From positions 48,430,460 to 48,494,459 of the forward strand of contig NC_068997.1 of the NCBI RefSeq assembly GCF_001194135.2: 64,000 nucleotides of DNA. Direction: 5' to 3'. Source of the stretch: Octopus bimaculoides (Eukaryota). The notes beneath the pieces were generated by a model, which made no database searches, was not told where the DNA came from, and saw only the letters and a program-made list of their open reading frames with translations. How positions within the stretch are numbered: the stretch's first letter is position 1; each line of letters starts with the position of its first letter. Positions 1-12,153 of the stretch are shown piece by piece. Made by a program: the position numbers and the translations under genes.

Positions 1-385
1 CAAGAACAACAACCATCACTATTTAACCCCTACCTTATCTTTCCCCCGTCTTCTCAGACGCATATTCGATTGAAGAAAAACATCAACTTCCATTACACGC
101 TTGTTCTTCTCTGCTTACCATATATTTACACCTCGTATTTCTTTCAAATCTGCACCTGACCTGCCTCCCCCTCAAACCTCCTCCTCCTCTTTCTACAACC
201 AACCATTTCGACCCTTCCCCACTCTTCCGCGTCCACTAAAAACATCTCTGTGGAATGGACACTGGAATCGCTGTTTTCATTTCCAGTTAAAGATGTAATT
301 AATCCAGTCGAATTACTCAAGAAATTCTCAACAGCCAAACTAAAATCCATCGTTTTTCGATAGAAAAATATTTGATACTCTTGTC

Positions 386-485
386 ACTTCGAATACCACT
401 GGATCACGTGCTAGCAAACTGAGACCACTCCAGAGGTGGTAATCACCCCAGAGAATCGTTATTTGTTCTTTGACAACACGTCATC
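386..485 (+). repeat. ~100-bp unclassified repeat, inverted partner of 2331-2440
   Basis: acttcgaatacc...ccactccagaggtggtaatcac...tgacaacacgtcatc aligns along its length with the reverse complement of 2331-2440. Confidence 0.8.
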
Positions 486-552
486 AATTCTAACTCGCCA
501 AGTGGTTACGGATTTATCATCGTCATTATTATTATTATTATTATTATTATTG

Positions 553-653
553 GCAGAATCGTTTGAACATGGAACGAAATGCTTAGCAGCATTTCGTCCT
601 TTCTTACTTTCTGAGTTCAAAATCCGCCGAGACGGATTTTGAATTCAAAATCC
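553..653 (+). mobile_element. SINE family A 5' fragment ending in a fold-back junction
   Basis: ggcagaatcgtt...gaaatgcttagcagcatttcgtc...ctgagttcaaaatccgccgag matches the family A heads at 41081 and 53388. Confidence 0.8.
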
Positions 654-885
654 CTAGAGACGTTCCTGTATCAGGAGGGCCACATCTCTATCATATTCCC
701 CGCCATTTCTTTTTTACCTTTGTATGTTATGCATATGTCCCTTCTTTTTCAGTGTATACCGTGTATACTTACCTTTTTTTAACATTTCATTTTCATACGT
801 AAACCCCCACACTTTATGTTTGTTTCAGTACTGTGCCCCTCATCCTTCGCCCTTGTGGCAAATAAATGAAATCATTATTATTATT
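654..885 (+). mobile_element. Probable LINE 3' UTR/3' end
   Basis: Pyrimidine-rich segment ending gcccttgtggcaaataaatgaaat plus (ATT)n; a similar gcccttgtgg..ataat end occurs near 5361. No coding motif seen. Confidence 0.4.
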
Positions 886-944
886 ATTGTTGAGTGAGAG
901 AGCAGTGCATGCATGAAAGTAACACTGGGTATTATTATTATTAT

Positions 945-1165
945 TGTTCAGTAGTTTTATTTTTATAACGTGCTTTCACTTCACTACCGAGCGCAGCTCT
1001 GTGCGCCTTGGGTATGTGCTGTGGTTTGCTGTGGTGCTCTTATGTTTACTGTATTGAAAGTGTTTTGCGTAGAATGTGTGCAGTACCCAGTAGTGCAATT
1101 TTCTGTATGTTATATATATTTGTAAGTCCTGGTATTTTTGTTATGTATTTGTCTGAATATTTTTT
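945..1165 (-). mobile_element. R4/Dong-clade non-LTR retrotransposon, 5'-truncated 3' end
   Basis: Minus strand reads KYSDKYITKIPGLTNIYNIQKIALLGTAHILRKTLSIQ* (stop 1046-1048), the typical RLE-domain C-terminus, then ~100 bp 3' UTR; (TAA)n arrays on both sides. Confidence 0.8.
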
Positions 1166-1176
1166 AATTATTATTA

Positions 1177-1256
<80 letters not shown>

Positions 1257-1949
1257 NNNNNNNNNNNNNNNNNNNNNNNNNNNNNNNNNNNNNNNNNNNN
1301 NNNNNNNNNNNNNNNNNNNNNNNNNNNNNNNNNNNNNNNNNNNNNNNNNNNNNNNNNNNNNNNNNNNNNNNNNNNNNNNNNNNNNNNNNNNNNNNNNNNN
1401 NNNNNNNNNNNNNNNNNNNNNNNNNNNNNNNNNNNNNNNNNNNNNNNNNNNNNNNNNNNNNNNNNNNNNNNNNNNNNNNNNNNNNNNNNNNNNNNNNNNN
1501 NNNNNNNNNNNNNNNNNNNNNNNNNNNNNNNNNNNNNNNNNNNNNNNNNNNNNNNNNNNNNNNNNNNNNNNNNNNNNNNNNNNNNNNNNNNNNNNNNNNN
1601 NNNNNNNNNNNNNNNNNNNNNNNNNNNNNNNNNNNNNNNNNNNNNNNNNNNNNNNNNNNNNNNNNNNNNNNNNNNNNNNNNNNNNNNNNNNNNNNNNNNN
1701 NNNNNNNNTAGTGGTGGAGGTGGTGGCGGTGGTGGTGGTGTAAGTGATGTAGGTGCTGGTGGTGTAGGTGACGATGGGGGTGCTGGTGGTGCAGGTGGTG
1801 ATGGTGGTATTTGTGTAGGTTGTAATGGTGGTGCTGGTGGTGATTGTTTTGGCGTTGGTGGCGGTTGGGAGTTGAAGGTTAAATACCCCGCTTGTTAACC
1901 ACAATATCATTGCTTGTGTACGATACAGGAATTATAGTACAGGAACATA

Positions 1950-2170
1950 GGTGTCTTTGTGACTGTGTTTGTCCTCACCCCATCGCTTGACAACCGATGA
2001 TTGTGTGTTTACATTCCCGTAACTTAGTGCTTCGGCTAAAGTGAACGATAGAATAAGTACTAGGCTGACAAAGAATAAGTCCTGGGGTCAATTTCTTCAA
2101 CTAAAACCCTTTAAGGCGGTGCTCTATCATGTCACAGTCAAGTGGCTGAAACAAGTAAAAGACTGACAGA
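1950..2170 (+). mobile_element. SINE family B 3' half
   Basis: cgcttgacaaccgat...gtaacttag...gatagaataagtactaggc...aaggcggtgct...ctgaaacaagtaaaaga; the same module occurs at 31165, 44160 and inverted at 19525, 33395, 57290. Confidence 0.8.
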
Positions 2171-2330
2171 ATGAAAGAATGAAAGAATAAAAGAATAGTA
2201 CAGCAATGTCCTACAGAAAAGGCTTTCAGAGCTGTGTAATGTATTGTAGAGATTTTTGGCACTATACTGTAATGTATTATAGAGAGTGAAGAAAGTTTCA
2301 GTAGTGCTGGGTTAAGTCTTAAGTAAAAGT

Positions 2331-2440
2331 GATGATGTCTTGTCAAGGAATAAATAACAATTCTCTGAAGTGATTACCACCTCTGGAGTGGTGGTAATCA
2401 TCTCACTTTGCTGATCATGCGATCCAATGGTATTCGAAGT
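2331..2440 (-). repeat. Inverted partner of 386-485 with an extra 9-bp inverted insert
   Basis: Direct alignment; contains the hairpin tgattaccac-ctctggagtg-gtggtaatca. Confidence 0.8.
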
Positions 2441-3013
2441 TGGATGCGGATGATTCATTGGAAACAGTATGAGGCGACTGTTTCTGTTGCGAAGCTTAAA
2501 TCAATGTAAAGCAGATACCACCATGAGTGATATCCTGTGGAAAAGGCAAGTCACTGGATTTGGTCAGAAGGAAACTGTGAGCAATGGCTAAAAGAGTATT
2601 GAATGAAGACTAGTAACTAGTTGATCAGGCAAGCGAAGCCTCATCTCAGTAAGGGGGCATGTGTGCAATAATGCCGCCGAGAGAAAGACCCCAAAACGGG
2701 GCGCATTCTCTCCTCTGACCCCCATGACCCTCATGACCCTCTCATCATGACCCTCATTAGTGCTAAGTACGAGGAGCTTTGAAGTGGTTGCACCTGTTAT
2801 CAGAAAGTTGTTCGCAAATAATTACGATGAAATAACTTACTCATTATATTCAACTAAATTGATTAAATAATTATATATTAATTATATATTAGTCATAAAT
2901 TTGTGATGCTTGTACTTAATCTGTGGATAGAGTCGTAGAGCAAAGTGCAAAAATAAAAAAAATAAATGAAAATCAAGGGAATTTTGAAATATCGTTGAGG
3001 CCTTTGTTTTCTA

Positions 3014-3269
3014 TTGGGTTGGTGCCTAATTATTGCGGCTTTTTTTTTTTCAAAAAAATTTATTAAAAAAAGAACAATAAAAATATTTAACAAAAACATC
3101 TTTAAATGACGGTCTGACCATATGCCAAGCAAATGGGAAGCAGTAATTGAAGTAGATGGTGAATATGCTCCGGAATAATCATTTAAAGATGTTTTTGTTA
3201 CATGTTGTTATTGTCTTTGTTGAGTAAAATTTGATGAAAAAAAGCCGCAATAATTATGCACCAACCCAA
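3014..3269 (+). mobile_element. Mariner mini-element with long TIRs (Hsmar1/MADE-like ends)
   Basis: TA then ttgggttggtgcctaattattgcggctttt ... aaaagccgcaataattatgcaccaacccaa; inner arms aacaaaaacatctttaaatga/tcatttaaagatgtttttgtt; the core encodes MPSKWEAVIEVDGEYAPE* (mariner C-terminus, stop 3176-3178). Confidence 0.85.
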
Positions 3270-5459
3270 ATTTGTTCAAATATTGTGAACATTCATTTCT
3301 ATGAAAATTCTATGAAAATTGTTTACTGCGATGGTTATTGTATTGAAGTAATAATATATCGGATATTAACGTGATGTTGAACAACTGAGATCTTACATTC
3401 CCTGGATAGATATTTATATTGCTTTAGCAATAACTCAATTTATGAAACAGGTATATACATAAGTCCCATTTCAGCAAAAAACAAAAACATATATATATTT
3501 ATGTGGTATTTTTGATAGATAATAGGTGAATCACTCGGCTAAAAACCGTCAAAAGTTTTTTTTAGCAAAAAGTATTTTTTATGGAGCTGATTATCATGGA
3601 AAAAAAAACAAAAACAAAACAAAGAAAAGTTAGGATACGCCAAAAGAAGGGCTTCGTTATCCTTTAGAATGAATAAATTCGCAGAGTAAAAACTGCTTCG
3701 CTAGTTGCTTTTCTACATTTAAACACACACACACACACACATACATATACTTATAAGATTAGTCCAGTCCAGTTTTCTTAGAAATCGACTGAACGAGTGA
3801 AGGAAACACGACTAGTCTTGAAGGAGTAATTATTTTAATAAATATTTCCACTCTCTTTTATGTAGTTCGTACTTTAGTACAATCACCATAAATTGTGGAT
3901 CTTCACGATTATTAAGCAGGAACATAAACCGGTATATATATATATATNNNNNNNNNNNNNNNNNNNNNNNNNNNNNNNNNNNNNNNNNNNNNNNNNNNNN
4001 NNNNNNNNNNNNNNNNNNNNNNNNNNNNNNNNNNNNNNNNNNNNNNNNNNNNNNNNNNNNNNNNNNNNNNNNNNNNNNNNNNNNNNNNNNNNNNNNNNNN
4101 NNNNNNNNNNNNNNNNNNNNNNNNNNNNNNNNNNNNNNNNNNNNNNNNNNNNNNNNNNNNNNNNNNNNNNNNNNNNNNNNNNNNNNNNNNNNNNNNNNNN
4201 NNNNNNNNNNNNNNNNNNNNNNNNNNNNNNNNNNNNNNNNNNNNNNNNNNNNNNNNNNNNNNNNNNNNNNNNNNNNNNNNNNNNNNNNNNNNNNNNNNNN
4301 NNNNNNNNNNNNNNNNNNNNNNNNNNNNNNNNNNNNNNNNNNNNNNNNNNNNNNNNNNNNNNNNNNNNNNNNNNNNNNNNNNNNNNNNNNNNNNNNNNNN
4401 NNNNNNNNNNNNNNNNNNNNNNNNNNNNNNNNNNNNNNNNNNNNNNNNNNNNNNNNNNNNNNNNNNNNNNNNNNNNNNNNNNNNNNNNNNNNNTATATAT
4501 ATATATATATCTATATGTGTGCGTCTGCGTATGTATATATATATGTGTGTGTGTCTTTGTCTGTCTACATACATTCCTTTTAACCACCCCATAACACACG
4601 ACTACATTATCGCCTTATGGTGTCAGGCTTTTAATTTTTTTCATAATTTAATGAAGAGAATCTTTTTCTCTATCTTTCATGAACAACGTTTGGTTACACC
4701 TCATTATAGATTTTATTATTATCGACACTTAACGGTGTGGAGTGAGCTTTGGTTAAAACTCACAATAACAAATCCCATGAGATAACTAGAAGAATGATAT
4801 TTGTTTCTTAGTTATTATATATCCCGTGTCAACATTATATAAACACTTTGAATAATTGTTTTAATCGCGTATGTTTTTGAGTTTTATCACTTCTACCGTT
4901 CCATTACCTTTGATAAAATATACAGTCAGTCGCCATTAGCAACTGTTTTAGCTAATTGCTTTAAGTTACACAGTGGTTTTGAGAAGACACAGACCTTTTA
5001 ACCAAGGGAAACATCTAGCTGGTGCTGGTATTCATTACAGATGACAAAACTGGCGCAACTTGAAATGAAGTACCTTGCTTAAGGCCACAATGTACCACCT
5101 GCCCCAGGGATTAAGCCCACATCCAACCTTATGATTATGAGCCGAACACCTGAACCACTAAACCAAGTGCTTCTACGCCATCACCATTAGCTTTTCATAA
5201 TAATGACAATGGACTCTCCGTCGAAGACGACGAATGAGTGGCTAGCTTATCGCTGAACGACGAGCTTAAATTAGGGTTGAGAACCACCGATGTGAATAAA
5301 CCCAACTTGGTTGTGTCTAATGTATGTCGTCCTTGGATATTGTCGTCTTCAATGTCTTGGGCCCTTGTGGGCCATAATAATTAAATGTATGTGCTGTACA
5401 TTAGATCGCTCATTCCTTTAAATCGACGTTGCTCGAACAGGGGCACTATGTGCCACGGG

Positions 5460-5598
5460 ACAGGTGTCGAAGTGATCGTAGAACAACGCGAGATGAAGTG
5501 TTTTGCTCAAGAACACAACGTGCTACCCGGTCTAGGAACTGAAACCACGATCTCGCGATCGTGAGTGCAACGCCCTAACCACTAAGCCATGCGTCCTC
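5460..5598 (-). mobile_element. tRNA-derived SINE head (family C-like)
   Basis: Minus strand: A box tggcttagtggttag, B-box-like ggtttcagttcc, then ttcttgagcaaaacacttcatctcgcgttg. Confidence 0.75.
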
Positions 5599-5616
5599 AT
5601 ATGGCCATGAGTCCTC

Positions 5617-5655
<39 letters not shown>

Positions 5656-5680
5656 TAACAATAATAATAATAATAATAAC

Positions 5681-5736
<56 letters not shown>

Positions 5737-5789
5737 TAGTAATAATAATAATAATAATGTATTCAAATTTTTACACAATATCAGTAATT

Positions 5790-5972
5790 TCAGAGGAAGG
5801 AGCAAGTTGATTGTATCGACCCCAGTACTCGACTGGTACTTATTTTATCGACCATGAAAGGATGAAAGGCAAAGTCGACCTCGGCAGAATTTGAATTCAG
5901 AATGTATAGGCGGACGAACAGCTACTCAGTGTTTTATTCGGCGCAGTAACAATTCTGCCAGCTCACCGCCTT
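5790..5972 (-). mobile_element. SINE family A
   Basis: Reverse complement of ggcggtgagctggcagaatt...ttcaaattctgccgaggtcgactttgcctttcatcc...ataagtaccag. Confidence 0.85.
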
Positions 5973-6068
5973 GATTTCTTTTATTGGCTACAGGGGCCCA
6001 AGACATTGAAGAGGACAATATCCAAGGATGACATACATTACACACAACCAAGTGAGGTTTATTTACAT

Positions 6069-6568
6069 TCGTGGTTCTCAACCATTTTGTGCCTATGGAC
6101 TCCGTTGATTCCCATCTTATACGGGTGGGTCCTCATAGACATTCGATGTTGAAAAAAAAAAAAAGAACCTTTACTGTGTTGCTCATTCCTTCTCGGTTTT
6201 CCGGTTTTATTGGCGTACAGGTGCGAAGAACTTGTGGCGAAAATGTTAGCAGAAATTCGCCATTATCTTCTGTTGGAGTCACGTGGAACTTAAGTGTATC
6301 ATTCATAAACACACACATCGCCCCTAGCTGAGATTCGAACCCGCAATTACTCGACATCAAGTCCGCTACTCTAACCACTTGGCCATGTGCCTCCACTTTA
6401 AAATTTGTTCTAATATTTATAATTAAATATTAATAGGAAGAATATAAAAGAGTTGTTAGAGTATTTTCTGTATGGTAGAAGTATAACGAATTTATTGGGT
6501 GTAATTTTTAACAACAAAATCTTAAATAATCCCGCAAGGGCCACAAGGACCCTAGTTGAGAACCATAG
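6069..6568. mobile_element. hAT-type MITE with 8-bp TSD
   Basis: TIRs gtggttctcaac / gttgagaaccat; identical flanks ATTTACAT at 6061-6068 and 6569-6576. 8-bp TSDs are characteristic of hAT. Confidence 0.85.
6165..6396 (-). mobile_element. tRNA-derived SINE nested in the hAT MITE
   Basis: Minus head gtggaggcacatggccaagtggttagagtagcggac...gggttcgaatctcag (A and B boxes). Confidence 0.8.
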
Positions 6569-7139
6569 ATTTACATCAATCAAAAGAAGGCATTATAACA
6601 AATAAATACTTGTTAATCATTGGGGTCGATATAATCGACCACTGCCCACAAATTTCAGGTCTTGTTCTTATAGTAAAAAGTATTATTTTTGTCATTGTTA
6701 TTGTTGTTACTCCTGCTGCTGTTGTTGTTGTTGTTGTTATTTGCCAGCATTATTATTAACTCCCTATTCTGTGAAAAGGAAAATCCACCGCTCAGATGTT
6801 CAGATGTTGAAGTGTGTATTGGTGTGTGTCAATAGGTTCGTTTGAGTAGTCTTATTCAATTACTGCTGTTTAAATAAACGCTGACCTACAAACAGACGTT
6901 CAAATAGAAACCCAACCAACGAAACAAAATACAAATAATTTATAATAACAACTATTAAAAGTTGTGTTTGTGTAACGGTTTTCTTTTCTCTAAACAACAA
7001 CAACAACAATAATAAACGCACTGGAAGTCGAACACTGCTTTTATAGACAGTGGCATCCTCTCTCTGTTTCTTTGTTTCTGCTTTCGTATTTTCCATTCTT
7101 TCTGGTCTTTCAGTCTTCACCTCTAGAGAGGTGTATCCG

Positions 7140-7313
7140 TTTTAACTACGTTTCTTTCTTTCTTTCTTTCTTTCTTCCAACAACTTCGATCTTTCATCCC
7201 TGGAAAGTGATATCCTCTTTCTTTTTTTCTTTCTTTCTTTCTTTTTCATTCATTCATTCTTTCTTTCTTACTTCCTTTGTTTGTTTCATTCTTTCTCTTT
7301 CATTGTTTTTCCT

Positions 7314-7352
<39 letters not shown>

Positions 7353-7587
7353 CTTTCATTCATTCATTCTTTCTTTCTTTCTTCCTTAGTTTGTTTGTTT
7401 CTTTCATTCTTTCTCTTTCCTTGTTTTTCCTTCTTTCTTTCTTTCTTTCTTTCCTTCTTCCTTTCTTTCTTTTTCTTTCATTCATTCTTTCTTTCTTCCT
7501 TTGTTTGTTTGTGTCTTTCATTCTTTCTCTTTCATTGTTTTTCCTTCTCTCTTTTTTATTTCTCTCCTCGACTTTCTTTTTAATTTT

Positions 7588-7650
<63 letters not shown>

Positions 7651-7700
7651 CTTTCAAGCTTCATCATCTCTTTTCGTCTTTCTGTCATTCTTTCTTTCAC
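7140..7700. repeat. (TTTC)n/(TTCA)n low-complexity array with ~110-120-bp internal duplications
   Basis: The unit ttcattcattctttct...tttgtttg...ctttctctttcattgtttttccttct recurs near 7245, 7355 and 7475. Confidence 0.85.
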
Positions 7701-7944
7701 ATTTGCATCCTTTGATATTTCATTCTCTTTCCCCTTCACTTTTCTCTCGTCCTAGTTTCTTCCAACCCCTCTCCCACTCCCCCACCCTCCCCCACCCCCC
7801 CAATAAGCCATCAACAGATTCAGGTCGACAATCACCGACCGCTATGCTAACATTCTTTGTCGAAGCCTTACAGAGGCAGCTTTTTTTTGTGTGTTTGTGT
7901 AGGATCAATGTATATTCTTTAGATTAGACATTATCTATTGATTG

Positions 7945-8154
7945 GATGATGATGGTGATGATGATGATGATGACGATGATGACAATAATGATGACGATGA
8001 TGACGACGACGACGACGACGATGATGCTAGTGATAATTATGATGATGAAGATGAAGTTGAACATGATGATAATGATAAAGATTATGATGATGACGATGCT
8101 GCTGATGATGATGATGGGGATAACGATAATGATGACGATGATGACGACGATGAC

Positions 8155-8187
<33 letters not shown>

Positions 8188-8328
8188 AAAGATGATGATG
8201 AATCTGATGATGATGTTGAGAAAGATAATGGTGATGATGATAATGATGATAATGAAGATGCTAGTGATTAGGATGATGATAGTATACGATGATGACGACG
8301 ATGATGATGATGATGATAATGATGGTGG

Positions 8329-8382
<54 letters not shown>

Positions 8383-8395
8383 CGATGATGATGAC

Positions 8396-8430
<35 letters not shown>

Positions 8431-8437
8431 CGATGGC

Positions 8438-8470
<33 letters not shown>

Positions 8471-8484
8471 AATGATAATGGTGG

Positions 8485-8527
<43 letters not shown>

Positions 8528-8538
8528 AATGATAATGG

Positions 8539-8574
<36 letters not shown>

Positions 8575-8709
8575 CGATGATGATGATTGTGATGATGATG
8601 ATGATTGTGATTAGGATGATGATAGTATACGATGATGACGATGATGATGATGATGATGATGATAATGATGATGGTGGTGATGATGATAATGATAATGGTG
8701 GTGATGATA

Positions 8710-8763
<54 letters not shown>

Positions 8764-8782
8764 GTGATGATGATGATGATTG

Positions 8783-8814
<32 letters not shown>

Positions 8815-8995
8815 GTGACGATGATGATGATGATGATGATTGTGATGATGATGATGATTGTGATGATGATGATGATGATGATGGTAATGGTGGTGATGAT
8901 GGTAATGACGATGCCACTGCAGCTGCTGCTGCTGCTGATGATGACGGTGGTGATGACGACGGGAGTATACGATGACGACACGATGACAACAATGA
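7945..8995. repeat. (GAT)n trinucleotide array with ~340-bp higher-order period
   Basis: Direct reading; marker agtatacgatga at 8281, 8624 and 8964. Confidence 0.9.
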
Positions 8996-9194
8996 CGGCG
9001 ATCGTATAAGAATAAGATATAGTGAGGTGGTAGCGGGAATAAAAATCGTAGGATTTGTTTTGTTTTCTGTTATTTTTTCTTTGTTATTTGTCGGTCATTT
9101 TGCGGTGTGGCTTTGACTTGGGTTTATCTTAATAAGGTTAGGATTGAGTAAAATATCGATAGATTAGTGAGAAATAGATTGGATGGAAATTATT

Positions 9195-9338
9195 GATGTA
9201 TCAGTACATTGTTTAACTCCGACAATTCCGAAAGGGTGAAAGGTAAAGTCGAACTCGGCGGAATATGAACTCATAACGTAAAGACGGACGAAATGCGACT
9301 AAGCATTTTGTCCGGTGTGTTAACGATTCTGTTACCTT
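9195..9338 (-). mobile_element. SINE family A (decayed)
   Basis: gaaaggtaaagtcgaactcggcggaatatgaactcataacgtaaagacggacgaaatgcgactaagcatttt. Confidence 0.75.
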
Positions 9339-9353
9339 GCAGTTTTTTTTATA

Positions 9354-12153
9354 CAGTGATAATGTTATAACCAACACTTACGTTCTCGCTCTTCACATTT
9401 GACTTCAGCACTTAAGTAACAAGACAACAATTTAATCCTAACCAATTATTTAATAAGTCACATATATATTCAGCCATTTATAAATAATAAACAATTAAAT
9501 GTTAACAGTTTTTGTATTGTTATAAATCATTCGATGTTGATTTGCTGTTTGATGTACTTGAAGCAAAAGAAATTTCTGTATTTTTCTCTTTAGAAATGTG
9601 TCAAGTGATCCAACCTTCTTTGGCTGTCATTTTTCTTTTGTTCATAAATCACAATCCCAGACATCAGGCTTATTTAATCTGCCACAACTTTCTTTTTTAT
9701 TTCGCTTGACATTTGAAATTTCGTATTTGAAAATATAAATCGTTTTAGAGTACGAAAAAAAGAGATCGTTGATCCTTTTAATAGTCAAATAATAATAAGC
9801 CTGGTAATCTTTATATCAAGGTTAGCGTGGTTGTACTGTTAGAACGCTGAATACTGCGTTATTGATCTTGAGAGATCCATTCCCATAGAAGCATGGTGCA
9901 TAAAAACACGGGCATAAATCGTAGCAGACGATGGGATTACAATCAGTGGAATTATGAGGTCAGAAATTAGAGCAGGTGAAGTAGTAGAAATTCTCCAGCA
10001 ACTGCTTCTGACTCTTTCTGGGGGTCTGGCAAAAAGTCAAATCCTGCTGCCCCACGTATGGGCTTCCAGCAGAAACCCTCGCCAGCCAGGGTTTGACCAC
10101 TGTCTCTGGCAGCCGTTTGAATTGAGTCTAAGGCCTTATTCACAGATTTGGAGCGGCACGGCATCACCCTCACTGGAGACACACCTAAAGACCAGTTTGG
10201 GGGACTTTGGCTTTCATGATATGTATTTCAGTCTTTACTGTTCACTAAACATTGAGCACCTGTCATAATGTCGGCATTTTGATGCCCAGCGCGAATCATC
10301 ATGATATAGGTAATTCTTTTCCGATATTCTGATGGCTTCCCGTCCTTCATGACAGATAACTTTTTCTCACCTATAATTTTAATCTTTATGCTTTCCAACG
10401 CGGTTGTTTGTCCACCAATACATCAAGCTGTTTCTGACAAAAGAAGACAAAAGAAAAAATCGCCAAATTTAGCCCGAACAGCTTGTTCTTCTATTTCAAC
10501 CATTACTTCTTTTGTAGGTTTTCTGCTCATGTGACTAAAGCAAATAATTTATGTCATTTGTAGAAATATCAAAGTCCAATTGATCAGATTTATCAAAGAA
10601 TGTTTCTATTTCATTTCGAACGATCTTTACTAGTTCTTTAAATCTCTCAAAATTGTCAATAGACTCTGGGCAGAATTTGTACTAATAAATCTTCGATATT
10701 TTTCTGTATAATTTATTCTAAGCTTTTTTTAATTATTTTTATTCCACCAAGAGCATCGAATGATTTCCAGAGTTGTTGTAGCATTGATTGATTTCTAGAG
10801 TTGTTTTAGCAGTGGATCCCCTGCTTTGTCAACAGCAGTTTATTAACTAATGCTATATGTGCCGAAGATAAAACGCTTTAAACGTTGCGTTGATGTATTG
10901 TAACGTTGCGTTTCGCAGCATAAACATTTGTGACATTTATGGTGAAGTTGTACAAGTTGTAGATCATAAAATGCATTATCTATGATCAGCTGCACATGAA
11001 AGAAATCATGACAAAGTGATATGAAAAACCAACTCAGTAAGCTAAACAATTATTGACTTTCCATATGGCTGGAAATCTAGCCATTGTGAAGCTTTTATAT
11101 GCCATTGCATTTTCAACAAGAGACACAAGTAACGGATCCTACCTTACAGTAGTGTCCAGTTGAATTACCACTACATCATAACGTTAACCAATCTTTAGTT
11201 ACTTCAAAACCTGGTGCTAATGATTTTTCGCTTACACTGTTGCTTTCTCATGACAGTCGTTTTCAGAATAGACGCATTTCGTCTACATTAATAATTTCTG
11301 AGCGTGTGTAAACATATTTTTCAATTATTTCTTCTAATTGTTCCGGGAATAAATTTGCATCTTTTCTGTCAGCATTCGCTGATTCTTTGACTTTCACATT
11401 ATAACAATTAGTTTGTTTTTATTTAATATAAAGCCAAACATTACTTCAAGTAAATGTTTCTTTATGGTTGCTTTCATTTTGTCTTTAAACGTCGAAAAAT
11501 AAATAAGGATTTAGTAAAAATAATAGTTTGTGTAATAGGCATATTAAATCTTGCGTTTAATCATTTATCCTTCTAGATTAATGCCAGGAATGAGGATGAC
11601 TCCTCTTTTATTTCGCCCTCTCATAAAATGCAAGGACTGTGCACTTTCACTTTCACTTTCACTTAAATATTTTTCTTTAGTCACAAAATTCGTTTATACA
11701 AATGACTACCCAAAAGAAAATTTTGAAAATAAATCTTTTACTGATTTTCCAAGTTTTTTTTTAGTTTATGATTTTATAGTTTGTTTTTAAAGTTATAATT
11801 TCCATTTCTTTATATTATCAATAAGATTCAGTATAGTGCTGTGTTTTTTGTTTTGGCATACTGGAAGCGTGAATAAATTCAAAAGATTTAAGGCAAAGAC
11901 CTAGTAGCGCGATTGTGAATACTGAGTGCTTGCTTGACGTCAGCACGCAGTATGATTGAATGCTTGAACAAGCAAAGTCTCACATATCACATATTATCAA
12001 TGAGTATTGCTGTAACTGGACTTTTAATGAAATAATTATGAATATTCAGTTTATATTTTATGTAATTAACATTTAAATTTTGAATTTTATAATTAAAAAA
12101 TAGCATTAAAGCAAGAGATCATAAATGGGAGCAGGTTAAACGAGGTATTGCTG
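9354..12153 (-). mobile_element. Tigger/pogo-family DNA transposon, near full length, transposase pseudogene
   Basis: Minus-strand translation with stops and frameshifts: NVKVKESANADRKDANLFPEQLEEIIEKYVYTRSEIINVDEMRLF*...LAPGFEVTKDWLTL*CSGNSTG...FHVQLIIDNA...FCPESIDNFERFK...DINYLL*SHEQ; C-terminal ...GSLDTFLKRK near 9590. 5' terminus TA+cagcaatacctcgtttaacc (12153; TA 12154-12155). A weaker opposite terminus TA+cagtgataatgttataacc lies at 9354. Confidence 0.85.
9900..10475 (-). mobile_element. DD37D (maT/Bmmar1-like) Tc1-mariner derivative nested in Tigger
   Basis: N-terminus MKDGKPSEYRKRITYIMMIRAGHQNADIMTGAQC (ATG 10350), internal deletion, then VFRCVSSEGDAV...VVKPWLARVSAGSPYVGQQD...F*PHNSTDCNPIV. 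There are 37 codons between D2 (10041-10043) and the third catalytic position (9927-9929, gtc, one change from gac). Confidence 0.8.
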
